Assembly: GCA_973895155.1 (NCBI GenBank)
Contig: OZ316897.1
Span: forward strand, 7,244,470 to 7,308,469
From: Marsupella aquatica
Lineage: Eukaryota; Plantae; Marchantiophyta
Length of the DNA: 64,000 nucleotides
Direction of reading: 5' to 3'
Both the position numbers and the translations under genes were made by a program. Of this stretch, positions 60,350 through 64,000 are shown one piece after another (the first letter of the stretch is position 1; every line of letters starts with the position of its first letter). Below the pieces are notes generated by a model. That model was not told where the DNA came from and ran no database searches. It saw only the letters and a list, made by a program, of their open reading frames with translations.

Positions 60350-60807
60350 AACATCATCAGTTATCAGTGACTGATAATTGATATCAGTCGCTGATATCAG
60401 TTATCTCAAAAATTTTAGAATCTCAACTGAGGAGTTGAGATGGGGCCTTCGAACTTCCGCTCATCTCAGCTGGGCAGCCGAGGTTGATTTTGATTCAATC
60501 TCGGCTGACCTCGCCGAGATGGGCGTACGGACCGAAAAAAAATCCAACCAAAAAAAAAACCAAAAAAATTCCCGAAAAAAATTTTTGAAATTTTTTTCCC
60601 CATCTCATGGCCTCGCCGAGATGGGGCGTACGGACCAAAAAAAAACGTGGAAAAAAAACCAAAAAATTGAAAAAAAAAATCGGAAATTTTTATCCCATCT
60701 CGGTTGGGCTCGCCGAGATAGGTGTCCGTACGGTACGGACGCCTCATGGCGAAAAAAAATTGAAAAATAAAAGTTTTTCTTCAAATTTTGAAGAAAAATT
60801 CAAGAAT
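60350..60807. repeat. Palindrome-rich repeat block (CTCGCCGAG-AT units separated by A/T tracts), probably a DNA-transposon subterminus
   Basis: CTCGCCGAGAT at ~60510, 60612 and 60710 (~100-bp period); ATCAG/CTGAT palindromes at 60355-60405. Confidence 0.55.
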
Positions 60808-62520
60808 TGTTGTGGGATAAATGAGACAAAGAGTTGGTTCCATCTTTACTCTTGGTAGAATATGTACATGTGGCTACGGCCTAAGTAGTTAGGGTAGTTA
60901 CATAGGTAGTTATCCCAAAGGTAGACTTAACTCAAGTATGAGTTACAACACTCCCCCTTTGTAACATTGGGGTTGAAATGTTACAATCAAGAGTCTACTT
61001 TGGGTATATTCAGTGGTATACAATAGGTTTTGTTTATGTCTAGCCTATTTTATAAATGGTGTAGCCATCTCAAGTCTACTATAAATGAAAAGCTTCTCCT
61101 AATAGATGTCTTATAATTCATGTTGCATGGTAAAGTGTAAGTGGGGGATGTAATCTCATTAAAACCTCCCCTACTTTCTTTGTGGGAGGAAAGAGTATTA
61201 CCATCCCCATGGGTGAAACATAATTGGGTTTAAGCATATAGTGTATGTGTAATTTCTACAAAGTCTCTTAAGGTGCTTGTCAGCACTATAGGCTTGTTGA
61301 AGATCTTCCTTGGTTGATTGTTTCTCGTGTCTCCTTCCAATCGGGAAATGGAGACTCCTTGATGGTCACCGATTACATGCCATGACAAAGTAAAGTATTA
61401 GTACAAAATGAAGATGATATGGTGTAATCCATGGCCTTGGAATTGGATTGGGTGTCCAACCCTAGATTTGGTGTGGGCATAACCTATTTGCACCACATCA
61501 CGTACCATATCCACAACATAGGGTTATCATATTGGGGTATGGCGCACCATCTCTTATGGTGCCTTACCATGCCATGTCTCACCTTATGGTACCTTATGAC
61601 CTGGTACTGTACCTCATATTATCATATGGTACTTTAATATCCAGTATACCTCATCAAGTATTGGTAAGTGATTGTGTTAACACCATGTTCAATCATTTAT
61701 AAAAAATTCCTTAGATTTCATGATTTGCTATATGCATGGAATAAAGTTCCATTTTTAGGTATTCATTGGTGCGAAAGGCACTTGTGCAATAGGCACATCC
61801 CATGGGTTCGATTTCTGGGAGTCAAGTCTTTCTTGAGATCTCCCCCTCAATTTGTCAAATATTTTTCCTTTCTGGCTGGGTGTGCAGTAGGCACTCATTG
61901 GCCTTGAGGTCTCCCCCTCAATTGGTCATTTACTTCCATGTGCAGTAGGCACTCATTGGCTTCCATGTGTAGTAGGCACGGAGCTTAACTTTTAAGTGCC
62001 GTAGGCAGCTTTTAAATGCAGTAGGCATATGTTTGTTGTCATGTGCAGTAGGCACAGGGTTTCTATGTGTAGTAGGCAACCTGGGGAAAATATCTCCTCT
62101 GGAATTTGTGAAATTAATTGGTGGGAGTAACCATCATTAACATTTTCAATAAGTGTTTTTGTAGGTGCCTTAGATCATTTTTTTAATTTTTTTTTTGGCA
62201 TGGCATGAAATGTTCTTGTGAATGTTAATGCAAATCAACATTGTCTTAGTTGGCTTTTAATAACTCTGAAATCAATATTGCATGGCAATGTTTCCTTTGT
62301 AAAGAAAGGTGCTTTTTGCTAAGCTCGTATTTTGCTAAAAACAAATAAATGGAATTCGGGGTTGGTTTAGTGTTTAGGTTGTTTGAAGTGTATTTCCCTG
62401 GTTAAGTGCACATTTTTCTTTGTAAACACAAATCTCTTTGATGGGTTTTTCAATTAAGGAGGGTTTGCACTTAGCGGTATATTCTCGACGTTTTCTCGAC
62501 GTTTCAGCGTTTTTGTTGCA
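60808..62520 (-). mobile_element. Non-autonomous Bianca-like LTR element (3' LTR 60808-60950); 5' end not found in window
   Basis: LTR TGTTGT...ACAACA; PPT AAAGGGGGAG; 3' UTR TTTTAATGAG motif shared with the other Copias; 62200-62500 is homologous to the pre-gag UTR of the 35202 element (36560-36890); no gag or pol. Confidence 0.7.
61881..62078 (+). repeat. Minisatellite-like repeats of ATGTGCAGTAGGCA (~7 copies)
   Basis: Copies near 61881, 61938, 61966, 61996, 62016, 62041 and 62065. Confidence 0.85.
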
Positions 62521-62724
62521 AGATTTGACTTTGCTGCGTGCGTTCCCTTCGTGCTCTTACCCTCTTTTCTCCGAGCTTCTATTGGTTCGTGCTCCCAATG
62601 GTCAACTCGTAAGCTCATAACACCAATGCCCCTACCCCTGGTCGTGGATTGTTCCATCTTGTCCATGCATACTGCCAATCTCACGAGAACTGTTGTTTAC
62701 CGAAACTGGCATTCTGTGTCCTTT

Positions 62725-63294
62725 TGTGCTATAGATGCCGTAACTTTGGGACTCCCATTGGTCATCGCTATCCTCCTTACTTTCCTCATCCTTGTGTTCG
62801 CCTTTGATAACGAGGTCACCATTTTCTATGAACATTTTGACCTCATTCTTTGTGAGGCCTGGGAGGTCAATTTGCATGCGGTAGGAGTCATCCATTTCTT
62901 TAAAATCCCACGGTGGTCTAGAAGAGTTCAGGAATGGTGACGCCACTTATGCAGGTGCCATAACGGTTCATCGAAAAACTTGATCCATTGTGTCGATCAT
63001 TGATAGGAGACTCCGGTTGGGGAAGAAGAAATCAAAGGCACAAAAAATGCCTAAGGGAGAGAACTTTCCGCGGCGCGACAGAGTGTCCGAGTCCCCTCTT
63101 CTCTTCTCCACTTTGTTTCCTCGTACTCGAGCGACATCTCCTGAGCAACCGAGGCCTTTATCCGCGGCTTACCGTAATGTAGTTGCATGACACAATTCAC
63201 CGCATTCCTTGCATTGCTATCTTTCAACGCAGCAGACCTCCGGACAATTGTAGGAGTTTCCAGTGGCTTCGCACTCAATTCAATGTGCTTGCAT
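62725..63294 (-). pseudogene. Chloroplast-type small heat shock protein (HSP20/alpha-crystallin) fragment, 3'-truncated
   Basis: FSPLG...FFPNRSLLSMIDTMDQVF (Met-rich helix), RPPWDFKE, RMQIDLPGL, LVIKGEHK, SYGIYST; in-frame stops; C-terminal half of the ACD missing. Confidence 0.85.
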
Positions 63295-64000
63295 AGTTTT
63301 CTTGGTCACAGTTTTCGGTAAGAAGAATGAGAAATCAATCCAATTAACTTCATCAACTCCAGGGACTCACAAACAGATTGGTAGTACCGGTGGAGAAAGA
63401 GCAAGAGAACGTAGTGAAACGGACTGGACCAGGACTACTGACGCATGTGTGAACTAATGTGGCACAGGCCAGTTCAGAATGCAAAGTAGGACTACGATGA
63501 AAATTCATTCACGGATAACAATGAAAGAATCACTGTGTGACTTTGGGAACTAAGACCCTAAGCGGGGACAGCATTGCCTTTCCCGCAGTCCTCATTGCAT
63601 GGCAGGAATGAAGAGACACAGCAGGAATTCCGCAGGGACCATGATATCTTCGTAATCCTTGCCACTGTGCAGAATTAACCTAGGAATTTGATAACTTCCG
63701 AGGCAATAGGTCGCTTCAAAACTGAAATATCGACGAGGCATCATCGCAATTCTGCACTTAAAGTTGACAGAGATGCCAAGATTGAGGGAATCCATTGCTC
63801 AAAAAATTTGTTAAAAATGAGAAGAAGACATCCAATAGCAACCATGAAACTTAGGACGAGCGGGATCCCAACGTGCATAGCCCAAGCCAACAACAAACGA
63901 CGCGGACGCCATTTGCTCACAATACATTCCGCTTTCCCTTCACACAATTGGCCGCATTCAAGCTAACATCAATGCCATCTTCGTCCACGTTCCGCCACAA

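Noticed and set aside
60378-60858. Lys-rich and Phe-rich ORFs
   Set aside because: Artefacts of A/T tracts in a repeat block.

Overview
Eukaryotic plant nuclear DNA. Intron-rich genes and the TE content suggest a non-seed plant such as a liverwort (inference). About 1-17.8 kb is a large, decayed Mutator(MULE)-related DNA transposon with two divergent spliced genes. On + is a GCM/WRKY-like zinc finger + DDE + SWIM transposase (6120-17208), split in frame by a full-length 7.3-kb L1-type LINE with a 15-bp TSD. On - is a gene encoding an N-terminal ParB/Srx-like domain and a C-terminal beta-class N4C/N6A DNA-methyltransferase-like domain (652-4866). The element's non-coding DNA, including all four long introns, carries about 15 copies of a 15-bp palindrome (TAGCGCCWGGCGCTA), and four pairs of these are spaced exactly 62 bp apart. 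This candidate ParB/MTase plus operator-array system is the main finding. The rest of the window holds three host genes (PFP alpha subunit, class-3 lipase, CHR10/ALC1-type SNF2-macrodomain remodeller), a TSD-less solo LTR, four short-LTR Bianca-like Copia elements or fragments (one non-autonomous and adjacent to a chloroplast sHSP pseudogene fragment) and several MITEs. All calls come from reading the sequence by eye; no database searches were run.
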